This document shows, one piece after another, positions 8,743-17,160 of a DNA stretch of 32,950 bases. Each line of letters begins with the position of its first letter. The stretch's first letter is position 1. A program made the translations under genes and the position numbers. This DNA comes from Opitutia bacterium (lineage in GTDB: Bacteria; Verrucomicrobiota; Verrucomicrobiia; Opitutales; UBA953), in NCBI GenBank assembly GCA_003485955.1, contig DNHH01000012.1:483-33432 (forward strand). Reading direction: 5' to 3'. The notes under the pieces are model-generated. The model was not told where the DNA came from. It was given only the letters and a program-made list of their open reading frames with translations, and searched no databases.

Positions 8743-8816
8743 TGCCCGATGGTGTAATGGTAGCACGACCGACTCTGACTCGGTCAGTCTAGGTTCAAAT
8801 CCTAGTCGGGCAACCA
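8743..8816 (+). tRNA. tRNA-Gln (anticodon CUG)
   Basis: 74-nt cloverleaf folded by hand. Acceptor TGCCCGA/TCGGGCA, with the U1-A72 pair typical of bacterial tRNA-Gln. D arm GTGT-AATGGTA-GCAC. Anticodon arm ACCGA-CTCTGAC-TCGGT. T arm CTAGG-TTCAAAT-CCTAG. Discriminator A plus an encoded CCA. Confidence 0.85.
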
Positions 8817-8826
8817 AGGGCAGGCA

Positions 8827-9678
8827 TCAGCCGCTTATCCATCTTTTGCCCAAGCGAATGGCATCTGTCATTTGTACCAAAGGGCGAACGGCGGCAACGT
8901 CATGAACGCGCAACATGGCCGCGCCCTGTTGGATTCCCCAGGTCGCACACACAGCATCTCCGGGTCCGCGTGCAAGAGGATCCGGTTGCTGCAACACTTT
9001 GCCCAAAGTTGATTTTCGGCTGGTGCCTAAAAGTACCGGCAACCCCAGTGAGCTGATACGATTTAGGCGACTTAACACCTCGAGGTTTTCACCATGACTT
9101 TTTCCAAATCCAAACCCAGGATCAATCCATAGCTGGTGACGCGCCACGCCCGCTTTCTCCGCGCGATCCAGGGCTCTGCGGAAGTCTGCGATTATGTTTG
9201 GCCAGAAGTCTTGATACACGGGCGTGGAGCGATTGTGCATCAGGATCCAAGGACAATGACAACTTGCCGCGACCGTTGCTAAACTACTTTGAGGACTGTC
9301 AGGCGCTGCGCCCCAGACGTCGTTTAAAATATCTGCACCGGCAGCAATCGCAGCTTCTGCGACTTCGCAACGATACGTGTCGGCAGAAATCGCAATCTTC
9401 GGAAGACGTTTGCGGATGGCTTGGATTGCTGGAATGAGACGGCGCAATTCTTCAGTTGCCGCGACAGGCGTTGCCCCGGGTCGGGTGGATTCTGCGCCGA
9501 CATCAATAACATCCGCCCCTTCGATGGATAACTTTTCTGCCAAATCGGCGGCGGCTTCGGGGCTATTTATTTTTCCACCGTCCGAAAATGAGTCAGGGGT
9601 TACGTTGACAATGCCCATGAGCAGGGTCCGGCCTTGCCAATCAGGCAGCTGGGTTCCGTGCGGACTTGTCCATCGCAT
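8827..9678 (-). CDS. folP: Dihydropteroate synthase
   Basis: 283-aa ORF with the hallmark LMGIVNVTPDSFSDGG, GADVIDVGAESTRPG and DPGFGFGK motifs. Confidence 0.95.
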   Translation of the reverse strand: MRWTSPHGTQLPDWQGRTLLMGIVNVTPDSFSDGGKINSPEAAADLAEKLSIEGADVIDVGAESTRPGATPVAATEELRRLIPAIQAIRKRLPKIAISADTYRCEVAEAAIAAGADILNDVWGAAPDSPQSSLATVAASCHCPWILMHNRSTPVYQDFWPNIIADFRRALDRAEKAGVARHQLWIDPGFGFGKSHGENLEVLSRLNRISSLGLPVLLGTSRKSTLGKVLQQPDPLARGPGDAVCATWGIQQGAAMLRVHDVAAVRPLVQMTDAIRLGKRWISG

Positions 9679-9926
9679 CTACCTTAAGTCGAAGGGGCAG
9701 GGCGGCAGGTCAACCCTTCCCCGTTCCATCAGTAGGTTACATCGGGTGCTGGATAAGGTATTTTAATGGAATATAAAACTGTAAATCGTTCACTGCCATG
9801 TACTAAAGCCACAGGTATCTTGCTGCAACCGGGATGCTACAGGGCGGTTCAATGCGAGGGTGTTACTGTGGTATTTCGCTGACAACCCTGCGTTTATTCA
9901 TTCCTAACCATAGGTAACCCTGTTCC

Positions 9927-11255
9927 ATGTTCCTCGCTGTGCGTCGCTTCCTGCTAACTTCTATTCTGCCATTGGGAGTTTTGACCTTAACGGGATGTGC
10001 CATGCGCCGATTTGCGGCAGCCTGTATTCTGCCGCTAGGATTTTTAGCCTTAACGGGTTGTTCAAAAGCTGAGTGGGTCGGGCGTCAGTCGCCAATGGAT
10101 CCTAAGGGTCCGTTAGCCCAGTCGCAATTCGACGTCTTCATGGACACGGTCTGGCTGTCGCTCGTCCTTTTCGTGCTTGTGGGTGGCATCCTGGTTTATG
10201 CGGTTATTCGTTTTCGCGAACGTCCCGGACAATCGGATACTCCTCCGCCCGAGCAAGGTCACGGAAACCCGATGATCGAAATTGGTTTGATTATGGCTTC
10301 GGTGGCATCGCTTGTGATCATCGCCATTCCGACGCTCGAAGCCATTTGGTATATGGACGATGTGCCCATCGAGGCAAAGCCCACGTCAAAGCTTTCTGCT
10401 TGGTACACGGGCAAAGTTGATCCCAAGGTCGCCGAAGATGTTTTGATTGTTGATGTTGTTGGTAAGCAATGGTGGTTCCGCTTCGAGTACCCGCAGCTCG
10501 GCCTGACCCAAGAAGGCAAGCGCGCGATACCGAACGAGCTTGTTATCCCACGCGGTAAAGCTGTCCGCATCAATCTTCGGTCAGAAGATGTCATTCACTC
10601 TTTTTGGGTTCCTAAAATTGCGGGCAAAGTAGACATGATCCCGGGTCGCCGTAATCATATGTGGATTCAAGGAGATCAGGTTGGGCTTTACTACGGACAG
10701 TGCGCAGAGTTTTGCGGAGACTCACACGCTTACATGCGCTTCCGCTGTCGCGTGGTAGAACCCGAAGAGTTTGCAAAATGGGTTGAGTCGCAGCGCGCTC
10801 CTGCTGCTGAACCTGCGGCAAACTCGCTCGCGGCGACAGGTAAGGCGCTCTTTGCTCAAAAAACATGTGCGATGTGTCACCGTGTTGGCGGACAGTATGA
10901 TGCGGGCGCTTTTGGTCCCGACCTTACCCACGTGGCTTCACGCACATCCCTCGCAGGTGCTTGGCTCGACAATCGTGATCCGGCGACGCAATTAGCAATC
11001 GACGCTAAAGGTAACACTGAGCTTTCCGCGCCGATTGATCCCGTCTTGCAGCGCAAGAATCTCGCCGACTGGATTGGTTCATCGGGCGTATTGGTTGATG
11101 CCAATGGCAAGCCTGTGCACAGCGCAGATATTAAACCCGGAAACCGCATGCACTATTACCGCATGTTCAATGTCGCTGGCCTAAACGAAACCAAAGTGAA
11201 ACTCACCCAGGCTGAGCTCGACGCGATTGTCGAGTACCTGATGACACTTAACTAA
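9927..11255 (+). CDS. coxB: Cytochrome c oxidase subunit II with a fused C-terminal cytochrome c domain (caa3-type), lipoprotein-type N-terminus
   Basis: CuA motifs HSFWVPKIAGKVD and CAEFCGDSHAYM. C-terminal haem-c site CAMCH. Two TM helices. The N-terminus carries two consecutive lipobox signal peptides, so GTG 9939 and ATG 10002 are alternative starts. Confidence 0.95.
   Translation: MFLAVRRFLLTSILPLGVLTLTGCAMRRFAAACILPLGFLALTGCSKAEWVGRQSPMDPKGPLAQSQFDVFMDTVWLSLVLFVLVGGILVYAVIRFRERPGQSDTPPPEQGHGNPMIEIGLIMASVASLVIIAIPTLEAIWYMDDVPIEAKPTSKLSAWYTGKVDPKVAEDVLIVDVVGKQWWFRFEYPQLGLTQEGKRAIPNELVIPRGKAVRINLRSEDVIHSFWVPKIAGKVDMIPGRRNHMWIQGDQVGLYYGQCAEFCGDSHAYMRFRCRVVEPEEFAKWVESQRAPAAEPAANSLAATGKALFAQKTCAMCHRVGGQYDAGAFGPDLTHVASRTSLAGAWLDNRDPATQLAIDAKGNTELSAPIDPVLQRKNLADWIGSSGVLVDANGKPVHSADIKPGNRMHYYRMFNVAGLNETKVKLTQAELDAIVEYLMTLN
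9939..10064 (+). repeat. Diverged 2 x 63-nt in-frame tandem duplication encoding two lipoprotein signal peptides
   Basis: Copy 1 (9939-10001) encodes VRRFLLTSILPLGVLTLTGCA. Copy 2 (10002-10064) encodes MRRFAAACILPLGFLALTGCS. By hand count, about 43/63 nt and 13/21 aa are identical, including the LTGC lipobox. Confidence 0.8.
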
Positions 11256-11273
11256 TTCCCAAATTTTAAATCC

Positions 11274-13313
11274 ATGGCAACTGCCGCTCATCACGCCCCT
11301 GTCACCGACAAGACTGAACTACCTGTCGAACGTAGCGACATTGGTCTCATTCGTCCCGATCGTACCACTGGCTTGCTCGATTGGTTGACGACCGTCGACC
11401 ATAAGAAAATCGGCATCCTTTACGGCGCCTTTGCGATGTTCTTCTTCTTGCTGGGTGGCGTCGAAGCGCTGGCGATTCGTACCCAGTTGGCGAAAGCGAA
11501 TAACGATTTCATTTCGGCACCGATGTATAATCAGATGTTCACGATGCACGGGACGACGATGATCTTCTTGGGCGTCATGCCTTTGTCGGCGGCATTCTTT
11601 AACTTCCTTGTGCCCTTGCAAATTGGCGCACGCGACGTGGCCTTCCCTCGCCTGAATGCATTTTCGCTCTGGACCTTTGTTTTTGGTGCCTTCGCTCTGA
11701 ACGTCTCTTGGGTCTTCGAATTCGGCCATTTGCAAGGCTGGTTTAATAACTACGAGTGGTACGGTAAATTAGTTTACAAAGATTTCGCTCCTGCGAACGG
11801 CTGGTTCTCGTATGCGCCATTATCAGGCACATTTGGTCAAGCTGACGCTGCCCTGCATGCCCAGCGCTTCACGGGCGTCGGTACGGACTTCTGGATTATC
11901 GGCATTCAAATCCTTGGCGTCGCATCGCTAGCGGCATCGTTCAACTTCATTGTCACAATCTTTAATATGCGTGCACCGGGGATGACCATGATGCGCCTCC
12001 CTGTGTTCACGTGGATGACGTTGGTCACCGCCTTCCTTATCATCCTCGCATTCCCTGCCATCACGGTGGCGCTGATTGAGCTAATGTTCGACCGTCAGTT
12101 TGGTGCCAACTTCTTCAACCCGACCAACGGTGGTCAGCCTATTCTCTGGCAGCACCTCTTCTGGATCTTTGGACATCCGGAAGTTTACATTCTAGTGCTC
12201 CCGGCGATGGGTATTGTTTCGGAAATTCTCCCAACATTCTCCCGCAAGGCACTCTTTGGTTACCCCATCATCGTTTTCTCGGGTGCAGTCATTGGGTTCC
12301 TCGGGTTTGCGGTGTGGAGCCATCACATGTTTACAACCGGCCTTGGCCCAGTGCCAACAGCTGCCTTCTCGTTGCTCACGATGGCGATTGCTGTCCCCAC
12401 AGGCGTTAAGATTTTTAATTGGGTAGGAACGATTTGGGGAGGTCAGGTTCGCTTCACTCCCCCCATGGTGCTCTCGCTCGGTTTTATCTGGATGTTTATG
12501 TGCGGCGGCTTCTCTGGCATTATGCACTCCTCTGCGCCCGCAGATTCGCAGCAACAAGATACCTATTTCGTCGTGGCACACTTCCACTACGTCTTATTGG
12601 GCGGCGTCCTGCTTGGCCTCATGGCTGGCTTGTACTTCTGGTTCCCAAAGATCTTTGGTCGCATGCCCAACGCTGCGATTGCTTACGTTGCTTCAGCGCT
12701 GGTTATCTTTGGATTTAACTTAGCCTTCGGACCCATGCACTACCTTGGTCTGACAGGGATGCCGCGCCGCACGCACACCTACCAGCCTGGCTATGGCTGG
12801 GAGGATTGGAACTTTATCGCAACGATAGGCGCCTACATTCTTGGCCTGGGCGTGTTCTTGGCTTTTGCAAATTTAGTTTGGACGGCTTGGCGCGGTAAGC
12901 GCACTGAAACAGATCCTTGGGACGGACGTACGCTTGAGTGGTCGTTGCCATCGCCAGTGCCGGCTTACAATTTTGCCCAAACACCTATCGTCGCAACACG
13001 TGACGCTTGGTTTGAGCATAAGCATGGAGGTGCGCGCATTGGCGCTCTGGCCGATGGCGGCCCTGAGGGGGTTCACATGCCAAGTCAGTCATGGATGCCC
13101 TTGTTGGCATCCGTCGGCTTCTTGATGATTGGCTTGGGCTTGCCGATGATGTCGATGGGCATTCCGCATCTCGGATGGTTGGTCATCGCAGGTCTTGGGG
13201 TTCTCTTCCTTGGTATCTGGCTTTGGGCGATTGAAGGCCCGGGCGGCTATCATCTGAAAACGCCTTCTGCAAAGTCAGTTGCGCCGACGCCTACAGCTTC
13301 GGTCCACTCATAA
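11274..13313 (+). CDS. ctaD: Cytochrome c oxidase subunit I (A-type haem-copper oxidase)
   Basis: 679-aa ORF with WIFGHPEVYILVLP (His-Tyr crosslink region and D-channel Glu), AVWSHHMFTTG, VVAHFHYVL and GMPRR. Two extra C-terminal TM helices are present. Confidence 0.97.
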   Translation: MATAAHHAPVTDKTELPVERSDIGLIRPDRTTGLLDWLTTVDHKKIGILYGAFAMFFFLLGGVEALAIRTQLAKANNDFISAPMYNQMFTMHGTTMIFLGVMPLSAAFFNFLVPLQIGARDVAFPRLNAFSLWTFVFGAFALNVSWVFEFGHLQGWFNNYEWYGKLVYKDFAPANGWFSYAPLSGTFGQADAALHAQRFTGVGTDFWIIGIQILGVASLAASFNFIVTIFNMRAPGMTMMRLPVFTWMTLVTAFLIILAFPAITVALIELMFDRQFGANFFNPTNGGQPILWQHLFWIFGHPEVYILVLPAMGIVSEILPTFSRKALFGYPIIVFSGAVIGFLGFAVWSHHMFTTGLGPVPTAAFSLLTMAIAVPTGVKIFNWVGTIWGGQVRFTPPMVLSLGFIWMFMCGGFSGIMHSSAPADSQQQDTYFVVAHFHYVLLGGVLLGLMAGLYFWFPKIFGRMPNAAIAYVASALVIFGFNLAFGPMHYLGLTGMPRRTHTYQPGYGWEDWNFIATIGAYILGLGVFLAFANLVWTAWRGKRTETDPWDGRTLEWSLPSPVPAYNFAQTPIVATRDAWFEHKHGGARIGALADGGPEGVHMPSQSWMPLLASVGFLMIGLGLPMMSMGIPHLGWLVIAGLGVLFLGIWLWAIEGPGGYHLKTPSAKSVAPTPTASVHS

Positions 13314-13330
13314 TCCTAAAATCATTCGCT

Positions 13331-13990
13331 ATGTCTGACTCTGCTGCTGCGCCCACCTCTACGGGCATCGATAACAAGAAGCTCATTATGTGGCTGTTCT
13401 TGGCCTCGGACTGCATGTTCTTTGGAACATTAATTTCGACCCACTTACTCTATCGTAAGCTTTACCCAACAGGATTCACCGACGCAGAAGGACATGTGCG
13501 GTTCGTGCAAAATCTCTTCGACCTCGAACTAACGTCGTTCTCAACCTTCATTCTTTTGATGTCGTCGTTCCTGATGGCACTCGCGGTGTCCGCGATGCAC
13601 AAGGGGCAGATTGCCTCGTTCCGTCGCAACGTTCTTGGTGTGATTGTCTTCGGCCTTATCTTCTTAGGCTGTCAGGTCTACGAGTTCACTCACTTCTACC
13701 ACAAGGGCTTAACAATTCAAAACAGCGTCTTCGGCTCAACTTTCTATGTGCTGACTGGTACCCACGGCACCCACGTCGCCATTGGGATCCTCTGGTTAAT
13801 TCTGTTATACTTTTACAGTTTCACCGGAAAGTTGCGCGGACACGTTGGGGCGCTCGACGTTGAAATTGCCGGTCTGTACTGGCACTTTGTCGACATTGTT
13901 TGGATCATCATCTTTACGGTTGTATACCTCGTCGAATACCTAGGGCCCAATGGCATCTGGGGTTCTGCAGTTACCACTCTCGCCCCGTAA
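13331..13990 (+). CDS. ctaE: Cytochrome c oxidase subunit III
   Basis: 219-aa polytopic ORF directly after ctaD, with GTHGTHV and YWHFVDIVWIIIF (the WHFVD motif of subunit III). Confidence 0.9.
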   Translation: MSDSAAAPTSTGIDNKKLIMWLFLASDCMFFGTLISTHLLYRKLYPTGFTDAEGHVRFVQNLFDLELTSFSTFILLMSSFLMALAVSAMHKGQIASFRRNVLGVIVFGLIFLGCQVYEFTHFYHKGLTIQNSVFGSTFYVLTGTHGTHVAIGILWLILLYFYSFTGKLRGHVGALDVEIAGLYWHFVDIVWIIIFTVVYLVEYLGPNGIWGSAVTTLAP

Positions 13991-13999
13991 CCCTTCCCC

Positions 14000-14341
14000 A
14001 TGTCTGCACACGCTGAACCTGCGATTGACGCCAATTTCCTCGCCGAGGAGACACGTCGCTACCACCACTTCATCACGTTGGCGCTTTGGCTGGCGGTGAT
14101 TACGGGCGCAGAAATTGTTGTCATCTTCCTTCCGTTGCCGGTCGCACTTATCTTGACCTTACTAACAGTGATGTCGGTCGGTAAATTCTTTGCTGTCGTG
14201 CTTTGGTTTATGCATCTGATTTATGATGCACGGTTACTTTTCTGGCTCTTTATAGCTGGTCTGGGCCTTGCCTGTGCGACATTTACCGCATTGATTGCGC
14301 TGTTTTCCTTTGATCGCGTGGACACCGCTTGGTTCTCCTGA
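14000..14341 (+). CDS. Cytochrome c oxidase subunit IV (prokaryotic small subunit)
   Basis: 113-aa ORF with 3 predicted TM helices, starting 9 nt after ctaE. Its position and hydrophobic pattern match the bacterial COX4-type small subunit. No diagnostic motif was checked. Confidence 0.65.
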   Translation: MSAHAEPAIDANFLAEETRRYHHFITLALWLAVITGAEIVVIFLPLPVALILTLLTVMSVGKFFAVVLWFMHLIYDARLLFWLFIAGLGLACATFTALIALFSFDRVDTAWFS

Positions 14342-14433
14342 TTGTCGAGGTGGCTTTTGCCAACTATCAGTGAGTACTTGAAGTGGCTCAGGATGCACTC
14401 ACAGTGCCATCTGCACGCATTGAGTGCGCCTGA

Positions 14434-15213
14434 GTGAAACTCCCGCTACATTGGCACACTGAACCACTCCTCCTGTTGTTAGTGGTGGGTGTGTGTTGGG
14501 CGTATGCGATGATTTGCGGACCTTTGCGTGTGCAAATTGCTCCAGGTATGGGCTATCCGCGCGGCTACGCTATTCGATTCTATTTGGGTATTGCCACAGC
14601 GTTTATCGCGGTCGGCTCCCCGTTGGATCAACTCGGGGAGGCGTATCTTTTTTCAGCACACATGTTGCAGCACATGCTGCTCATCTATGTCGCTGCTCCG
14701 CTTGTTGTTACCGGCCTCCCTCCTGAAATATTAGATAACTGGCTTTTACGTCATAAGCGCACTTGCCGTACGCTGCGCTTGCTGACGCACCCCTTGGTCG
14801 CTGCTGTCGGTTTCAATTTTTGCTTTTCCGTTTGGCACTTTCCGGAGCTATACGAGTGGGCGCTTCGCGATCGAACAGTTCATATCTTCGAGCATGCATC
14901 GATGTTCTTCCCCGCGCTTTTGCTGGTTTGGCCGCTGGTATCTCGATCGAAAGTTTTGCCTCCTCTCGGCCATGGCACCGCCCTCCTTTACTGCTTCGGA
15001 CTAATGGTTGCAGACCTCCCGTTGTGGGCTGTTTTGATTTTCGATAACACGCAGCCGCTGTATGAGACTTACCGACTTGCTCCACGAATTTTCCGACTGG
15101 ATGCACTCCAGGACCAAGTTCTTGGGGCTGTCATCATGAAGCTCTTTAACGAGGTCTTCTCGCTTTGGCACATGGCCAGCTCGTTCTTCGGTTGGTATCG
15201 CGAAGAGCGATAA
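14434..15213 (+). CDS. ctaG: Cytochrome c oxidase assembly factor CtaG (Caa3_CtaG family membrane protein)
   Basis: 259-aa polytopic ORF with a GTG start. The N-terminus HWHTEPLLLLLV and the HMLQHMLLIYVAAPLVV motif are typical of Bacillus-type CtaG. It is the last gene of the oxidase operon. Confidence 0.8.
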   Translation: MKLPLHWHTEPLLLLLVVGVCWAYAMICGPLRVQIAPGMGYPRGYAIRFYLGIATAFIAVGSPLDQLGEAYLFSAHMLQHMLLIYVAAPLVVTGLPPEILDNWLLRHKRTCRTLRLLTHPLVAAVGFNFCFSVWHFPELYEWALRDRTVHIFEHASMFFPALLLVWPLVSRSKVLPPLGHGTALLYCFGLMVADLPLWAVLIFDNTQPLYETYRLAPRIFRLDALQDQVLGAVIMKLFNEVFSLWHMASSFFGWYREER

Positions 15214-15220
15214 GTGGCCA

Positions 15221-16360
15221 TTAGTGCCGTGAGGCGCGCCGGAAGAGTATCATGGCGAGGATGGCTACGCAAAGATTCGGCAGCCAAACCAATATTTCTG
15301 GGTGTACGCTCGGCGATTTTGCCCAAGCAGCCATCGCGGAAAGAACATAAAAGCTTAGCGCTACCCCGAGGGCAACAGTCGCATTGATGAAGGTTTCTTG
15401 TCGTCCAACGCGTACAGCGAGCGGTATAGCAAGGGCTGAAAGGGTTAGGACGGAAAGCGCTGACGCTAGGTGTGCATTGATTTGTTTGAGTGGCTCGAGT
15501 TTGGCGATGGCCACTTCTTCAGGTTTGGCATTCTGGGGCACCTGCCAGCCCGTTTCCATTGCTTCCAGTAGCTCGCTGGTCGTTAACCAGCGCAGTTTGC
15601 GTTTACCGACTGACTCTGTACGCGCTACTGGAAATTTAAAGTCGGCTTCCGCCATGGAGATAAAGGTAGATGGCTTGCCGTGCTGATTCTCGCCGACGGG
15701 TAGTCGCTCGATGTGAGCGCCCTTTGTTACAATCTTAATTAAATCAGGTTCGCCGTCTGTTCCAGGTATGCGCGTGATCTTTGCGGTCATCGCCTGCGTG
15801 CTCTGTGTGAGTCGGCCGGTTTCATCGAGTTGCCAGACCCAGAGGTCAGTGAGTACGTCGTCATCGCGCTTGGATGCACGTAGAACGACCCCTGGGAAGC
15901 TTCGACAAAATTCACCTGGGATGATGACAGAGGCAGGATTATCCGAAGCCACTCCAGATAGCAGGGCGCGGTAAGTGCTGTTTGCGCGTGGGGCGACCTC
16001 GAGGTTAATCCAACAGCAGGTTAGGGCGAGCACACCTGATAGAATTAAAGTTGGCGCGGCAATTCGCAGGAGCGATATGCCACCTGATTTCATCGCGGTT
16101 AACTCCTGCTGAGCCCCCATTCGGCCAAAAGCTACCAGGATTCCTGCAAGCATGCCCAGGGGTAGGGCATAAGGGATGACGCCAGGAATAAGCAGAGCGA
16201 CTAACTCAATAGCCTCGCCTGCACTGACACGACCCGCAGCGAATTCGCCAGCAATCTGTCGCACAGCATTGCCTGCAACCATGACGAATACGCATCCCCC
16301 TGTAGCCGTAAAAGCTGAAGTGGCGGTTTCTCGTAGTACGAATCGATCAAGAATGCGCAC
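15221..16360 (-). CDS. LptF/LptG-family (YjgP/YjgQ) LPS export permease
   Basis: N-terminus (M)RILDRFVLRE is the family signature. There are three TM segments, then a periplasmic beta-jellyroll-sized insert, then three more TM segments. The track ORF extends to 16453 and overlaps batE. GTG 16360 gives the canonical N-terminus. Confidence 0.8.
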   Translation of the reverse strand: MRILDRFVLRETATSAFTATGGCVFVMVAGNAVRQIAGEFAAGRVSAGEAIELVALLIPGVIPYALPLGMLAGILVAFGRMGAQQELTAMKSGGISLLRIAAPTLILSGVLALTCCWINLEVAPRANSTYRALLSGVASDNPASVIIPGEFCRSFPGVVLRASKRDDDVLTDLWVWQLDETGRLTQSTQAMTAKITRIPGTDGEPDLIKIVTKGAHIERLPVGENQHGKPSTFISMAEADFKFPVARTESVGKRKLRWLTTSELLEAMETGWQVPQNAKPEEVAIAKLEPLKQINAHLASALSVLTLSALAIPLAVRVGRQETFINATVALGVALSFYVLSAMAAWAKSPSVHPEILVWLPNLCVAILAMILFRRASRH

Positions 16361-16404
16361 AACGCATCCAACCCATCTATCGTAAACCGCGCGAGCGGAA
16401 ACTC

Positions 16405-17160
16405 TTAGGGCTGTGCGGGGGCGTCTAAGGAGCGCGGAGGGGTGACTCCCCATGCCGACTCAACCGCTTCTTCGCGCACCCACCCGACTTGTCCGCCTGA
16501 AAGTTCGACTCGAATATGCCCGTTAAGGTGTCGCTGTGTGCGTACGACATCGCCTTCTCCGAGCGGTGCTAGGTATTCGCCAAGTACGGTTGGCGTAAGT
16601 TTAAGGGATTCTTCGGTTAAGCGAACAATCGCACGTTCGCGACTTGTCCATGTCCCCCAAGCACCTGGAATACTAAGAACTAACAGGGTGAATGCAGACA
16701 AAAGCAATTTATGATGGGTATCTGTCAGTTTTTTTGCACGAAGGCGCGGCCAGGCCCACGTCAGCACCAAAGTCCAGAATGACAGTAGAGTGATTGCTGT
16801 CCAAGTGTCTGGGTTTAGCGCGGAAGCGTACTGTTCTTGCCAGGTTGCCCGCGGCCTTTCGACACCTCCCAGTGATGTCGCATGGATGATGCCTGCACGC
16901 GCAACTGGATCGGATGCGTCCAGCGAGAGGGCTCGCTCCCAGCACACCATAGCACGACCCTTTCTGCCTAAACGCCATTCGGCATTACCCATCGCGGATA
17001 AGCGTGCAGCAGAGATACCTTCTTCTGCAATCAGCGCTGACCAGTTTTCAAGTGCGGTGGCTGAATCGCCCGCAAGGTAAGCTTCACGGGCAATCACATC
17101 TCGATCTTGTGCGGGCGCACCTGAAGCGATTCCTGCTAGGAGCATGAGCATTAAGCGCAT
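16405..17160 (-). CDS. batE: BatE-like protein (TPR repeats, TM segment, C-terminal SH3b-like domain)
   Basis: Signal-like N-terminus. TPR-like AYLAGDSATALENWSALI / GNAEWRLGRKGRAMVCWERALSLD. TM segment WTAITLLSFWTLVLTWAW. C-terminal GDVVRT..NGHIRVELSGGQVGWVREEAVE is SH3-like. It is the last gene of the Bat cluster, with a 10-nt overlap with the batD stop. Confidence 0.65.
   Translation of the reverse strand: MRLMLMLLAGIASGAPAQDRDVIAREAYLAGDSATALENWSALIAEEGISAARLSAMGNAEWRLGRKGRAMVCWERALSLDASDPVARAGIIHATSLGGVERPRATWQEQYASALNPDTWTAITLLSFWTLVLTWAWPRLRAKKLTDTHHKLLLSAFTLLVLSIPGAWGTWTSRERAIVRLTEESLKLTPTVLGEYLAPLGEGDVVRTQRHLNGHIRVELSGGQVGWVREEAVESAWGVTPPRSLDAPAQP

Noticed and set aside
8654-8816. 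tRNA-Thr/tRNA-Gln pair as a possible genomic-island integration site.
   Set aside because: No integrase, no mobile genes and no direct repeat of a tRNA 3' end were noticed nearby. The flanking genes (a lipoprotein and folP) are ordinary.
14342-14433. Imperfect hairpin GTGAGTAC..GCACTCAC in the gap between oxidase subunit IV and ctaG.
   Set aside because: The stem has one mismatch, the loop is 17 nt and there is no U-tract. It is most likely incidental structure within the operon transcript.
16361-16453. Upstream extension of the lptF/G track ORF. The same issue affects batD (18855-18962) and batB (20820-20894).
   Set aside because: Each extension overlaps the 3' end of the preceding gene and removes an otherwise canonical N-terminus (the ILDRF motif, a signal peptide, or a TM helix). 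The internal starts sit 1-44 nt after the upstream stop.
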